Source: Escherichia coli
GTDB lineage: Bacteria > Pseudomonadota > Gammaproteobacteria > Enterobacterales > Enterobacteriaceae
Reading direction: 5' to 3' (one strand)
DNA length: 64,000 nt
NCBI RefSeq assembly: GCF_016026235.1
Contig: NZ_CP065613.1
The notes beneath the pieces were generated by a model. That model did no database searches. It was not told the origin of the DNA and saw only the letters and a list, made by a program, of their open reading frames with translations. Position numbers and translations under genes: made by a program. Below, in pieces: positions 32,032 to 41,276 of this stretch; position 1 is the first letter of the stretch, and each line of letters begins with the position of its first letter.

Positions 32032-34938
32032 ATGAGGCCAAGTGAACTTAGCGACCTGCTTTGGGCGCAGGTTGACAGGGTGGCTCCGCACCTGTTGCCA
32101 AATGGCAAGAAAGAGGGGCATGAGTGGGTTGCCGGTAACGTCAACGGTGACAAGGGAAACAGCCTTAAGGTCAACCTTAGCGGCAAGAAAAAATGGGCTG
32201 ATTTCGCTGAGGGAGACGGCGGTGACATGCTTGATTTGTGGATGGCATGTCGTGGAATTAACCTGCATCAGGCTATGCAGGAAGCGAAAGCATTTCTCGG
32301 TATCAAGGATGACGATCACCATTTCGATGCCAGACGTGAGAAGAAATTCTCCAGACCTGATCGCAAGAAAATCGCCCGCTACGTTACCAGAACAGAATCC
32401 CATCTTGAGTACCTGCAATCGCGTGGCATATCGCCAGAAGTCGTAAAGCGCTACGAGGTTGTCAGCGGCAAGGTGTGGAATGGAGAACGAGAACTGGATG
32501 CTCTGGTGCTTCCGTACAAACGCGATGGTGAGTTGTTGCAGGTCAAGCGAATCAGCACTGAGCGCCCGGACGGGAAGAAAGTCATTATGGCAGAAGGTGA
32601 TTGCGAACCTTGTCTGTTCGGATGGCAGGCTCTGGACGCTGGCGTGAGGGCGGTTGTACTTTGCGAAGGCGAAATTGATTGTATGAGCTATGCGCAATAC
32701 GGCATCTCGGCGTTATCCGTGCCGTTTGGTGGCGGGAAAGGCGCTAAGCAACAGTGGATTGAGTTTGAGTATCACAACCTCGACAGGTTTGAGGAAATAT
32801 TCATCTCGATGGACGTTGATGATGTTGGTCGTGAAGCCGCAAGGGAAATCGCAAGCCGACTCGGTGAACATCGTTGCCGTCTTGTTACTCTGCCGTACAA
32901 AGACATCAACGAATGCCTGATGAACGGTGTTACCGAGGATGAAATCTGGCAGTACATCGGCACGGCATCCTACTTTGATCCTGAAGAACTCTACAGCGCG
33001 CGAGAGTTTTACCAGGACACTATCAACGCTTTCTACAGCAAGCAGCAGTATCTGTTTAATCCACCGTGGGAATCTCTGGCAGATAAATTCCAGTTCCGTG
33101 AGGCCGAGTTGACGCTGGTCAATGGTGTGAACGGTCACGGAAAGGCATGCCCACTGAATGAGCCTATTCTTTTAGCTGATGGGACATGGACTACTCACGG
33201 GAATGTAAAAATTGGCGATCAGGTGGCGTCAGTAGACGGCAATCCGTCAACTGTCACTGGGATATTCCCGCAGGGTGTTAGAGATGTTTACCGAGTCACA
33301 TTTGAAGATGGTCGTTATGTTGATTGCGCAGGCGATCACCTATGGGAGGTCACTAGTCGTGGATTCACGAAAGGCGAGAAACGCCGCGTGATAGATACCT
33401 TCGGGTTGAAGCGGTTGAGTGAAACGAAGAGGCACAAAAATGGCGTTAGGATTCCTGAAATAACTGGTGACTTTGGCGACCACTCAGAGCCATTAGCATG
33501 GGTTATCGGCTCCCTTCTCGGGGATGGTAGTCTTAGCAATGGGAGCGTGAAGTTTTCAAACGTCGAGCCATACATGATCGAGCGTATGAAGGCTGAACTG
33601 CCTGATTACAACTTCTCTGGAGATGGTAAGGACTGGCTGATATCAACGGCGCGTGGTCAGGTAAATCCACTCATGGAGACCCTGCGAGGTTATGGACTAA
33701 TGGGGTGCACAGCAAAAAACAAATTCATCCCTCGTGTGTTTTTTTCCGCAAATAAATCAACGCGTATAGGCATGCTGTGTGGTCTGCTTGAAACGGATGG
33801 GTATGTCGAGAAGGATGGAACGCTTGTTTTTTCCTCAGCAAGTGAAGAACTGCGCAATGGGGTTGTTCAACTGGTTAACTCACTCGGCGGGTCATGCCGG
33901 ACGCGAGTTAAAACTGGCGTGACATACACATACAAGGACGATAAGCGGCATGGGATGGATTCATACGAGGCAAGAATCAGACTGACAAGAGAAATCAGGG
34001 AGGCCATCCGTTCACCACGACTCAATGGCAGATTAACTGCGCATCGATTCGAGGGCTGTGGGGTATTCGTCAGGAATGTTGAAAAAATCGGCAATGCAGA
34101 ATGCTTGTGTATTATGGTCGATCACCCTCGCCACCTGTATGTAACCAGGGGATATGTGGCGACGCATAACACCGAGGTTGTCGGGCATATGGCACTTGAG
34201 GCAATGCGTCAGGGTGTGAAGACGTGCATCGCGTCACTTGAGCTGAAGCCTGGTATTCTCCTTAAGCGCCTTACCCGTCAGGCGACGTGCTGCAAGATTC
34301 CGCCAGTGCTGGAAATTGACTCTGCATTTAAATTTTATGACGAAAGACTTTGGGTGTTTGGCCTGACCGGAACGGCGAAAGCCGACAGGCTGATCGAAAT
34401 ATTCGACTACGCTCGCCGCCGATACGGGATCCAGTTATTCATCATCGACAGCCTGATGAAATGTGGCATAGGCGACGATGACTATAACGGGCAGAAGGCG
34501 TTTGTTGACTCGATTTGCGACTTCAAAAACAAAACAAACTCCCACGTCATTCTCGTTACTCACTCGCGAAAAGGAGACAGCGAAGAAAAACCAACCGGGA
34601 AAATGGACGTAAAAGGCTCTGGAGCGATAACAGACCTGACAGACAACCTTTTCATCATCTGGCGTAACAAGGCTCGCGAGAGAGCGTTACAGAGAGTTCA
34701 GAGTGGTGAAAAGATGTCAGAGAAGGACGAACAGCTACTGGCATCTCCGGCATCTGTTTTAATGCTTGAAAAACAACGTAACGGCGAAGGTTGGGAAGGT
34801 GGTGTCCCGTTGTTCCTTGACGAGCAATCGCACCAGTTCCTGCAACTTGAATCAGGATCGCCATATAGCTACATCGCCAATATGCCGAAATCGGAATATG
34901 ACGAGGCGTGGCGACAGGAAAACGTGACGGAGTATTAA
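32032..34938 (+). CDS. Primase-helicase (toprim primase plus DnaB-like helicase) containing an intein
   Basis: 968 aa; toprim motifs (VVLCEGEIDCMS, FISMDVDDVG); helicase P-loop GVNGHGKA and Walker B-like LFIIDSL; intein inserted after GKA. Confidence 0.8.
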   Translation: MRPSELSDLLWAQVDRVAPHLLPNGKKEGHEWVAGNVNGDKGNSLKVNLSGKKKWADFAEGDGGDMLDLWMACRGINLHQAMQEAKAFLGIKDDDHHFDARREKKFSRPDRKKIARYVTRTESHLEYLQSRGISPEVVKRYEVVSGKVWNGERELDALVLPYKRDGELLQVKRISTERPDGKKVIMAEGDCEPCLFGWQALDAGVRAVVLCEGEIDCMSYAQYGISALSVPFGGGKGAKQQWIEFEYHNLDRFEEIFISMDVDDVGREAAREIASRLGEHRCRLVTLPYKDINECLMNGVTEDEIWQYIGTASYFDPEELYSAREFYQDTINAFYSKQQYLFNPPWESLADKFQFREAELTLVNGVNGHGKACPLNEPILLADGTWTTHGNVKIGDQVASVDGNPSTVTGIFPQGVRDVYRVTFEDGRYVDCAGDHLWEVTSRGFTKGEKRRVIDTFGLKRLSETKRHKNGVRIPEITGDFGDHSEPLAWVIGSLLGDGSLSNGSVKFSNVEPYMIERMKAELPDYNFSGDGKDWLISTARGQVNPLMETLRGYGLMGCTAKNKFIPRVFFSANKSTRIGMLCGLLETDGYVEKDGTLVFSSASEELRNGVVQLVNSLGGSCRTRVKTGVTYTYKDDKRHGMDSYEARIRLTREIREAIRSPRLNGRLTAHRFEGCGVFVRNVEKIGNAECLCIMVDHPRHLYVTRGYVATHNTEVVGHMALEAMRQGVKTCIASLELKPGILLKRLTRQATCCKIPPVLEIDSAFKFYDERLWVFGLTGTAKADRLIEIFDYARRRYGIQLFIIDSLMKCGIGDDDYNGQKAFVDSICDFKNKTNSHVILVTHSRKGDSEEKPTGKMDVKGSGAITDLTDNLFIIWRNKARERALQRVQSGEKMSEKDEQLLASPASVLMLEKQRNGEGWEGGVPLFLDEQSHQFLQLESGSPYSYIANMPKSEYDEAWRQENVTEY
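33148..34170 (+). other. Intein (341 aa) with LAGLIDADG homing-endonuclease domain
   Basis: Starts CPLNEPILLADGTW...IGDQVASVDG, two LAGLIDADG-type blocks (LAWVIGSLLGDGSL, GMLCGLLETDGYV), ends ...VATHN followed by Thr. Confidence 0.75.
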
Positions 34939-34967
34939 ATGACCATCTACATCACTGAGCTTGTAAC

Positions 34968-34998
34968 AGGCCTGCTGGTAATCGCAGGCCTTTTTATT
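34968..34998 (+). terminator. Rho-independent terminator after the primase-helicase
   Basis: Stem AGGCCTGC/GCAGGCCT followed by TTTTTATTT. Confidence 0.5.
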
Positions 34999-35012
34999 TG
35001 GGGGAGAGGGAA

Positions 35013-35291
35013 GTGAACGATAGCTACCGACAGTTTGAAAACTGGTGGTCAAAAGACAAAAGCCAGTTCACAGGAGACGATGAATTAAAAGAGTTTGCCT
35101 GGGTGATATGGCAGGCATCGCGAGCAGCTATTGAACTGGATATCGACTGGCCCGAATCGAATGACGACTTTTGGAAAGATGGTGAAGAAGGTGCTTATGC
35201 GATGGGTTATGAGGATGGGCGTGACAAAACGGTAATTGCAGTAATGAAAGCTATCAGAGCCGCTGGAATTAAAGAGAAGAATTTTCGATGA
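35013..35291 (+). CDS. Hypothetical nin-region protein
   Basis: GTG 35013 with GGGAGAGGGAA upstream (ORF track starts at TTG 34998); acidic, Trp-rich 92 aa. Confidence 0.4.
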   Translation: MNDSYRQFENWWSKDKSQFTGDDELKEFAWVIWQASRAAIELDIDWPESNDDFWKDGEEGAYAMGYEDGRDKTVIAVMKAIRAAGIKEKNFR

Positions 35292-35698
35292 AGCAAACAA
35301 TCTTCCTCCGAACTAAGCAACAACAGCAAGCCGCAATAAATGCCATCCTCTCAACTCCTCTCGATAAAGACAAGCCAGTCACCATCCGCATTACTGACTA
35401 CAAGCGAAATCTTGACCAGAACGCAAAATTTCACGCGATGCTGGCGGATATCGCTCGTCAGGTTCAATGGTGCGGCAAATGGTTAAAACCGGAACAATGG
35501 AAGGTTTTGTTGATCAGCGGTCATGCAGTGGCAACAAAACAGGAAGCTGATGTTTTGCCCGGGCTTGAAGGCGAATACGTCAACATTCGCGAAAGCAGCG
35601 CGCAGATGAGTGTGAAGCGTATGGCAAGTCTGATTGAGTACACGACAGCATGGGCTATTGGTCAGGGTGTCAGATTTACCGACAGGAGGTACGAATGA
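35288..35698 (+). CDS. ninB: NinB recombination protein
   Basis: 136 aa resembling lambda NinB; start overlaps upstream stop. Confidence 0.8.
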   Translation: MKQTIFLRTKQQQQAAINAILSTPLDKDKPVTIRITDYKRNLDQNAKFHAMLADIARQVQWCGKWLKPEQWKVLLISGHAVATKQEADVLPGLEGEYVNIRESSAQMSVKRMASLIEYTTAWAIGQGVRFTDRRYE

Positions 35699-35871
35699 GA
35701 CGACAGCGACGAAGTATCACCGACATCATCTGCGAAAACTGCAAATACCTTCCAACGAAACGCTCCAGAAATAAACGCAAGCCAATCCCAAAAGAATCTG
35801 ACGTAAAAACCTTCAACTACACGGCTCACCTGTGGGATATCCGGTGGCTAAGACATCGTGCGAGGAAATGA
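35695..35871 (+). CDS. ninE: NinE
   Basis: 58 aa [58 protein letters not shown]. Confidence 0.75.
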   Translation: MRRQRRSITDIICENCKYLPTKRSRNKRKPIPKESDVKTFNYTAHLWDIRWLRHRARK

Positions 35872-35914
35872 CAATGGTGCTCGACAAGCCCCGCCGTTCA
35901 GGGCGGGGAAATTG

Positions 35915-36219
35915 TTAAGGATGAGGCTGAATTTCTTCAGGTCGGTATTTTGTTGAGAGATGAGAGATGTCAACTTCTCTCTCTGCTTTTTCAAGACTCC
36001 ATGCCATCTGAAGACGAATCCATGAGGCCGGAGTTCCTCCAAGAACGGCGGCGAGACGAACAGCCATTTCAGGAGAGATTGCCGCATTTCCTGAAACCAG
36101 TCGCTGAACAGTGGAAGGCGCAACATCAAGCGCTCTTGCCAGCTCTCTGATCCCAATATTCTGATCTTCCAGAATATCCGCAATAATTTCTCCTGGATGA
36201 GGGGGTTAAACATCGTCAT
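35915..36219 (-). pseudogene. higA: HigA antitoxin (HTH), frameshifted near its start
   Basis: HTH frame encodes PPHPGEIIADILEDQNIGIRELARALDVAPSTVQRLVSG... but the only start codon is one base out of frame across a C5 run; the 123-aa ORF-track product is the out-of-frame read-through. Confidence 0.6.
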
Positions 36220-36497
36220 TAATGGTAATCCTCGTAGTTAAGAATATAAGCGTCACCGTCACGAAACTCGAAGGTGATCCTCCAGTTACCGGAGACGGAG
36301 ACAGACCACGTATCGGCCCTGTCTCCTTGCAACTGGTGCAGCCTGTAACCGGCAAGGTTAATATCATCAATGATTTCGGCTTGATCTATCACCTGAAGGC
36401 GCATTCTAAGGCGTTTAACATGATTGGGATTTACGCCTGATGCACTTCCAGTTTCAAAGAAACGTTGAAGTCCTTTGTGTTTCCAGCTTTTTATCAT
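36219..36497 (-). CDS. higB: HigB toxin (RelE/ParE superfamily)
   Basis: 92 aa from ATG 36497 with AGGAAACA upstream; MIKSWKHKGLQRFFETGSASGV...GNWRITFEFRDGDAYILNYEDYH matches HigB. Confidence 0.8.
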   Translation of the reverse strand: MIKSWKHKGLQRFFETGSASGVNPNHVKRLRMRLQVIDQAEIIDDINLAGYRLHQLQGDRADTWSVSVSGNWRITFEFRDGDAYILNYEDYH

Positions 36498-36833
36498 GTT
36501 TGTTTCCTGTTGCGTTACGCGAATCATTATAGAGTGTGTTGTGTCATTCGCAACCGTTGGTTTGACAAAAACACATATCCGGGGCTATATTCCCTGAACG
36601 CCAGCAAATCTGGCGTCGGGATTGGCGTCCCGGATATCGAAACGGTGCATAACCGCGCTGGCGGTTTTTTTATGCGCTAAGCACAGTCACATTCGCGATT
36701 TATGGTGGGCTGTGTGGGGGAGTTGAGAGACTCGCCGGATGTTTCGACCGGTTACGCCAACCCTGCACAGTTCACCACCCAGCGATTGGCGTCGCAGGTG
36801 GTGAGTTAAAAACCATCGAAACGCGAGGTCGTT

Positions 36834-37520
36834 ATGACTGTTCAGATTTCTGTCAAAAACCTTTCCCCTGTTACCTATAACCAGATTCCGGTAATCACAA
36901 CTGAGTTGCTTGCCCGCCTTTATGGAACAGAAACAATCCGTATACAGCAGAATCACCATGAAAATAAATCTCGGTTTATTGAGGGAAAGCACTTCTTTAA
37001 AGCTGTTGGTGATGAACTCAGAAATTTGCGACTAGTTTTAAACGAGTCGCAAAATGAGGTGAAAATCTCTCCCAAAACCCGCTCGCTCATCCTCTGGACA
37101 GAACGAGGCGCAGCCCGCCACGCAAAAATGCTCGAAACCGATCAGGCGTGGGAAGTGTTCGAAAAACTGGAAGACTGCTATTTCAGCCAGACTTCGAAAA
37201 GCGCAGGTCATCACGAGAAGAAAACCAGCGAGCTTTCTGCAAAAGATGCAAACAGTCTGGTATGGTTGTGGGATTATGCCAACCGCTCACAGGCATTATT
37301 CCGCGAACTGTATCCGGCGCTAAGACAAATTCAGTCTAACTATTCCGGCAGATGCCACGACTACGGTCATGAGTTCTCGTATGTTATCGGAATGGCGAGA
37401 GACGTTTTAATCAATCACACACGAGATGTTGATATTAATGAGCCAGACGGACCAACGAATCTTTCTGCATGGGTAAGACTTAAGAACAAAGAATTACCTC
37501 CTTCACTACATCACTACTGA
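36834..37520 (+). CDS. ORF6N-domain protein (antirepressor N-terminal domain family)
   Basis: 228 aa; N-terminal 120 aa paralogous to the ORF at 20593-21375. Confidence 0.5.
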   Translation: MTVQISVKNLSPVTYNQIPVITTELLARLYGTETIRIQQNHHENKSRFIEGKHFFKAVGDELRNLRLVLNESQNEVKISPKTRSLILWTERGAARHAKMLETDQAWEVFEKLEDCYFSQTSKSAGHHEKKTSELSAKDANSLVWLWDYANRSQALFRELYPALRQIQSNYSGRCHDYGHEFSYVIGMARDVLINHTRDVDINEPDGPTNLSAWVRLKNKELPPSLHHY

Positions 37521-37587
37521 CAGATTGCCAACGCAACGACCCAGCTTCGGCTGGGTTTTTATTGCTGAATTTTCAATATGAGAGGAC

Positions 37588-37848
37588 ATGACAATGAACG
37601 AGCTGATAAATAGCAACGCCATTAAAATGACCAGCATTGAAATCGCTGAGTTGGTGGGTAAGCGTCATGACAATGTGAAACGTACCATCGAAACGCTGGT
37701 TAAAAGTGGAGTTATCCGGCTTCCTCAAATTGAGGTTTCCGAAAGAATCAATAACTTAGGGTTCAATGTTCAGTACGAGCATTACGTCTTCGAAGGCGAA
37801 CAAGGTAAGCGCGACAGCATTATTGTCGTTGAAGGAGGTGTTGCATGA
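37588..37848 (+). CDS. Rha-like small regulatory protein
   Basis: 86 aa with MTSIEIAELVGKRHDNVKRTIETL motif. Confidence 0.4.
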   Translation: MTMNELINSNAIKMTSIEIAELVGKRHDNVKRTIETLVKSGVIRLPQIEVSERINNLGFNVQYEHYVFEGEQGKRDSIIVVEGGVA

Positions 37849-38615
37849 ATGCCGTAATTATTGCCAACGCAGAAATCGTGCCGATTGAGTTTAATGGCGA
37901 GCGTGTTGTTACGTATCAAATGATTGCTGATATTCACGGGGTTCCAGTAGCCACTATTCAAAATGGCTATGCGCGAAACTCTGAGTATTTCATAGACAGG
38001 GAAGATACATATTTTATTGATTTTCATGAAAATACCTTTAGAAGGGGTTTTGAAATTCCTCCTCGTGGCATGCGAGTTTTCACTGAATCAGGCTATTTGA
38101 TGCTGGTTAAAACCCTGCGCGACGAGACGGCGTGGAGAGTGCAACGTGAGCTTGTTCGCAATTATTTTCGTGGCCAAAAAGAAGATAAGTCAGCCTTGCC
38201 CGACTTCACAAACCCTGCTGAAGCCGCCAGAGCGTGGGCAAACGAATATGAGCAGAAAGTGAAGCTGGAGCAACAACTCGCGATTGCCGCACCTAAAGTT
38301 GAGTTTGCCGATCGCGTTGGCGAGGCCAGCGGAATTTTGATTGGAAACTTTGCAAAGGTTGTTGGTATTGGCCCAAACAAACTGTTTGCGTGGATGCGTG
38401 ATCACAAAATCCTTATTGCTTCAGGTTCCCGGCGCAATGTGCCAATGCAGGAATATATGGATCGCGGCTATTTCACAGTGAAAGAAACAGCGGTCAACAC
38501 AAATCACGGAATACAGATATCGTTCACCACAAAAATCACCGGGCGTGGTCAACAGTGGCTGACCAGAAAGCTGCTCGATAACGGAATGCTGAAAGTAACA
38601 GGGGAGGCTGCATGA
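37845..38615 (+). CDS. Phage antirepressor (ORF6N N-terminus plus KilAC-like C-terminus)
   Basis: 256 aa; coupled to neighbouring genes. Confidence 0.55.
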   Translation: MNAVIIANAEIVPIEFNGERVVTYQMIADIHGVPVATIQNGYARNSEYFIDREDTYFIDFHENTFRRGFEIPPRGMRVFTESGYLMLVKTLRDETAWRVQRELVRNYFRGQKEDKSALPDFTNPAEAARAWANEYEQKVKLEQQLAIAAPKVEFADRVGEASGILIGNFAKVVGIGPNKLFAWMRDHKILIASGSRRNVPMQEYMDRGYFTVKETAVNTNHGIQISFTTKITGRGQQWLTRKLLDNGMLKVTGEAA

Positions 38616-38974
38616 ATGAGTACAGATTCACGCTTCCATACCCACCATCGCTGAATACCTACTGGCGAAGACGGGGAAGCCAATACTACATCAGCGATAA
38701 AGGCCAGAAATACCGAAAAGACGTTCAGCAAATCATCCGCCAACTCAAGTTAGATATTTTCACCAAAGCACGACTCCGCATCAAAGTCATCGCAGACGTT
38801 CCAGACTCCCGCCGCCGCGACCTCGACAACATCCTGAAGGGGCTACTCGACTCTCTTATCCACGCCGGATTTGCGGAAGACGACGAGCAATTCGATGACA
38901 TTCGCGTAATTCGTGGTGTGAAAGTACCAGGCGGAAGGCTTGGAATAAAAATCACCGAACTGGAGAACGTATGA
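38612..38974 (+). CDS. rusA: Holliday junction resolvase RusA
   Basis: 120 aa; MNEYRFTLPYPPSLNTYWRRRG... and conserved acidic residues. Confidence 0.85.
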   Translation: MNEYRFTLPYPPSLNTYWRRRGSQYYISDKGQKYRKDVQQIIRQLKLDIFTKARLRIKVIADVPDSRRRDLDNILKGLLDSLIHAGFAEDDEQFDDIRVIRGVKVPGGRLGIKITELENV

Positions 38975-39159
38975 ACGCCACAATTCAAACGATACCAGAG
39001 CTTCTTATCCAGACACGAGGCAATCAGACCGAAGTGGCGAGGATGCTTTCCTGCGCAAGAGGAACAGTGCTCAAGTACAACCGAGACAGCAAAGGCGAGC
39101 GTCACGTAATAGTTAACGGCGTCCTGATGGTCAAACAGGGCAAGAGGGGAAGACGATGA
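38971..39159 (+). CDS. ninH: NinH
   Basis: 62 aa; GNQTEVARMLSCARGTVLKY motif as in lambda NinH. Confidence 0.7.
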   Translation: MNATIQTIPELLIQTRGNQTEVARMLSCARGTVLKYNRDSKGERHVIVNGVLMVKQGKRGRR

Positions 39160-39779
39160 GACTCGAAAGCGTAGCTAAATTTCATTCGCCAAAAAGCCCG
39201 ATGATGAGCGACTCACCACGGGCTACGGCTTCTGACTCTCTTTCCGGTACTGATGTGATGGCTGCTATGGGGATGGCGCAATCACAAGCCGGATTCGGAA
39301 TGGCTGCATTTTGCGGTAAGCATGAACTCAGCCAGAACGACAAACAAAAGGCTATCAACTATCTGATGCAATTTGCACACAAGGTATCGGGGAAATACCG
39401 TGGTGTGGCAAAGCTCGAAGGAAATACTAAGGCAAAGGTACTGCAAGTGCTCGCAACATTCGCTTATGCGGATTATTGCCGTAGTGCCGCGACGCCGGGC
39501 GCAAGATGCAGAGATTGCCACGGAACAGGTCTGGCAGTTGATATAGCCAAAACAGAGCAGTGGGGGAGAGTTGTCGAGAAAGAGTGCGGAAGATGCAAAG
39601 GTGTCGGCTATTCAAGGATGCCAGCAAGTGCAGCATATCGCGCTGTAACGATGCTAATCCCAAACCTCACCCAACCCACATGGTCACGCACTGTTAAGCC
39701 GCTGTATGACGCTCTGGTGGTGCAATGCCACAAAGAAGAGTCAATCGCAGACAACATTTTGAATGCGGTCACACGTTAG
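39156..39779 (+). CDS. Q: Late antiterminator Q (lambda type)
   Basis: 207 aa MRLESVAKFHSPKSPMMSDSPRATASDSLSG..., recognised as lambda Q. Confidence 0.95.
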   Translation: MRLESVAKFHSPKSPMMSDSPRATASDSLSGTDVMAAMGMAQSQAGFGMAAFCGKHELSQNDKQKAINYLMQFAHKVSGKYRGVAKLEGNTKAKVLQVLATFAYADYCRSAATPGARCRDCHGTGLAVDIAKTEQWGRVVEKECGRCKGVGYSRMPASAAYRAVTMLIPNLTQPTWSRTVKPLYDALVVQCHKEESIADNILNAVTR

Positions 39780-39820
39780 CGGCATGATTGCCACGGATGG
39801 CAACATCTTAACGGCATGAT

Positions 39821-39860
39821 ATTGACTTTTTGAATAAAGTTGGGTAAATTTGACTCAAGA
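39821..39860 (+). promoter_or_regulatory. Late promoter PR' / qut region
   Basis: TTGACTTTTTGAATAAAGTTGGGTAAATTTGACTCAAG matches the lambda PR' -35/-10 and Q-utilisation site as recalled. Confidence 0.6.
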
Positions 39861-40039
39861 ATGGCAGGTTTATATCCGTTCACATTCTTTCGGTTTTTTA
39901 CCCACCTCATCTTTAAGTTGTGACTGCTCCCCGCCCTGTCGGGCGAGGGTTTACGGCGTTTTTCGCTAAGCGCACTGACATGCGCATCATAAACTCGGGA
40001 GCACATAGGAATAGAGCCTGCTTTCGGGATTTTTTATTT

Positions 40040-40114
40040 GGGTCAGTCGTATAAAGGTCATTACGGAAGGCTGTTAACCTTCTTATCGTGGTTCGAGTCC
40101 ACGCTGTCCCGCCA
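40040..40114 (+). tRNA. tRNA-like gene, anticodon GTT (Asn) by manual fold; possibly degenerate
   Basis: Cloverleaf: acceptor GGGTCAG/CTGTCCC (one mismatch), 3-bp D stem, anticodon stem GAAGG/CCTTC with loop CTGTTAA, T arm CGTGG-TTCGAGT-CCACG, 3' CCA. Confidence 0.45.
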
Positions 40115-40119
40115 AATAT

Positions 40120-40195
40120 GCTGGTTTAGCTCTAATGGTAGAGCAGTCGCCTTGTAAGCGAATGGGTAGCGGTTCAAGTCCGTTAACCAGCACCA
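40120..40195 (+). tRNA. tRNA, anticodon TGT (Thr) by manual fold
   Basis: Perfect acceptor stem GCTGGTT/AACCAGC, D arm GCTC-TAATGGTA-GAGC, anticodon loop CTTGTAA, T arm AGCGG-TTCAAGT-CCGTT, 3' ACCA. Confidence 0.55.
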
Positions 40196-40311
40196 TAACT
40201 GAGCCGTAGCCACTGGCTATCCTGAATTCATCAGTGACAGTTACGCTGCGGCCTTCTTTTCCCCTTCCCAATATAAGAACTACGCCATCCGTTATTTGCG
40301 GAGGTGAGGCT

Positions 40312-40527
40312 ATGAAATCCATGGACAAAATTTCAACGGGCATTGCCTACGGCACCTCCGCCGGCAGTGCCGGCTACTGGTTTTTGCAGTGGTTGGATCA
40401 GGTCAGTCCGTCACAGTGGGCTGCGATTGGTGTGCTGGGAAGTCTGCTTCTGGGGCTTCTGACTTATCTGACAAATCTGTATTTCAAAATAAGAGAAGAC
40501 AAGCGTAAGGCTGCGCGGGGAGAGTAA
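40312..40527 (+). CDS. S: Pinholin (phage 21 S-type holin)
   Basis: 71 aa [30 protein letters not shown]... with dual-start motif; GGAGGTGAGG upstream. Confidence 0.85.
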   Translation: MKSMDKISTGIAYGTSAGSAGYWFLQWLDQVSPSQWAAIGVLGSLLLGLLTYLTNLYFKIREDKRKAARGE

Positions 40528-40531
40528 TTCA

Positions 40532-41062
40532 ATGACACAAAACTATGAACTGATTGTGAAAGGGATCCGCAATTTTGAGAATAAAGTTGCGGTAACTTTA
40601 GCGTTACGGGACAAAAAACGCTTTGACGGTGAAATTTTTGACCTGGACATCTCGCTGGACCGTGTTGAAGGTGCCGCGCTGGAGTTTTATGAGGCAGCGG
40701 CCAGAATGAGAATCAGACAGGTATTCCTGGATGTTGCTGCCGGGTTATGTGAAGGGGATGAGCAGTCGCCGGAAAAGCGCCCCATAATTTTAGAGGCGCA
40801 GAATGTGTGGATAACCTACAAAGGAAAGCTACCGGGAAGAATTACTGGTTCTCTGAAGACGCCACCGACGGCATTGCGGTCAGAAAAAGATGATATTGAA
40901 TCGCCCATTGAAAAACTGGAGAAAAAATTGTCGGTGCTGATTCCTTCTGAAGATGAAAAAAAACGCCGCGATGAGCAGTTTGCGGCGTTTTACGATTATT
41001 GCATTGAAGTTACTCGCAGGAATTTTGTGAAGATTTTTGAGGAGGGTAAATCTCTTCAGTAA
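40532..41062 (+). CDS. Hypothetical protein (176 aa) inserted between holin and endolysin
   Basis: Starts 5 nt after the holin stop; charged, Lys/Glu-rich C-terminus; no family recognised. Confidence 0.45.
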   Translation: MTQNYELIVKGIRNFENKVAVTLALRDKKRFDGEIFDLDISLDRVEGAALEFYEAAARMRIRQVFLDVAAGLCEGDEQSPEKRPIILEAQNVWITYKGKLPGRITGSLKTPPTALRSEKDDIESPIEKLEKKLSVLIPSEDEKKRRDEQFAAFYDYCIEVTRRNFVKIFEEGKSLQ

Positions 41063-41276
41063 GCTTAATGGCGGACGCTGCAATTAATTCAGGAAGGTCC
41101 GCAAGGTCATCTGTCAGTGGATATGATGAAAAATCGGCGGCAGTTCTGTTAAGAAGCGCTTTAACTAATTCCTTTTCCTTCTCCGGCAACAAGTTGATTA
41201 GAGCTACGACTGCTTGCCTGAGTGCGATTAAATCAGCAAAAGTTTGTTTTGGTAGATTTGTGTAATCCGTAGTCAC
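41010..41276 (-). CDS. Hypothetical small protein, convergent with the preceding gene
   Basis: 88-aa ORF with GTG start and weak RBS; overlaps the 3' end of the 176-aa gene. Confidence 0.2.
   Translation of the reverse strand: MTTDYTNLPKQTFADLIALRQAVVALINLLPEKEKELVKALLNRTAADFSSYPLTDDLADLPELIAASAIKLTEEIYPPQKSSQNSCE

Noticed and set aside
35848-36219. 123-aa ORF downstream of higB listed in the ORF track
   Set aside because: This is the out-of-frame read-through of the frameshifted higA start; the recognisable HTH antitoxin sequence is in another frame.
39780-40311. Shiga toxin genes downstream of Q and the tRNAs
   Set aside because: No ORF in this interval; the holin follows the tRNAs directly.
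41068-41265. Plus-strand 65-aa ORF between the 176-aa gene and the endolysin
   Set aside because: Overlaps the equally weak minus-strand ORF; neither has a convincing RBS, so only the longer was listed at low confidence.
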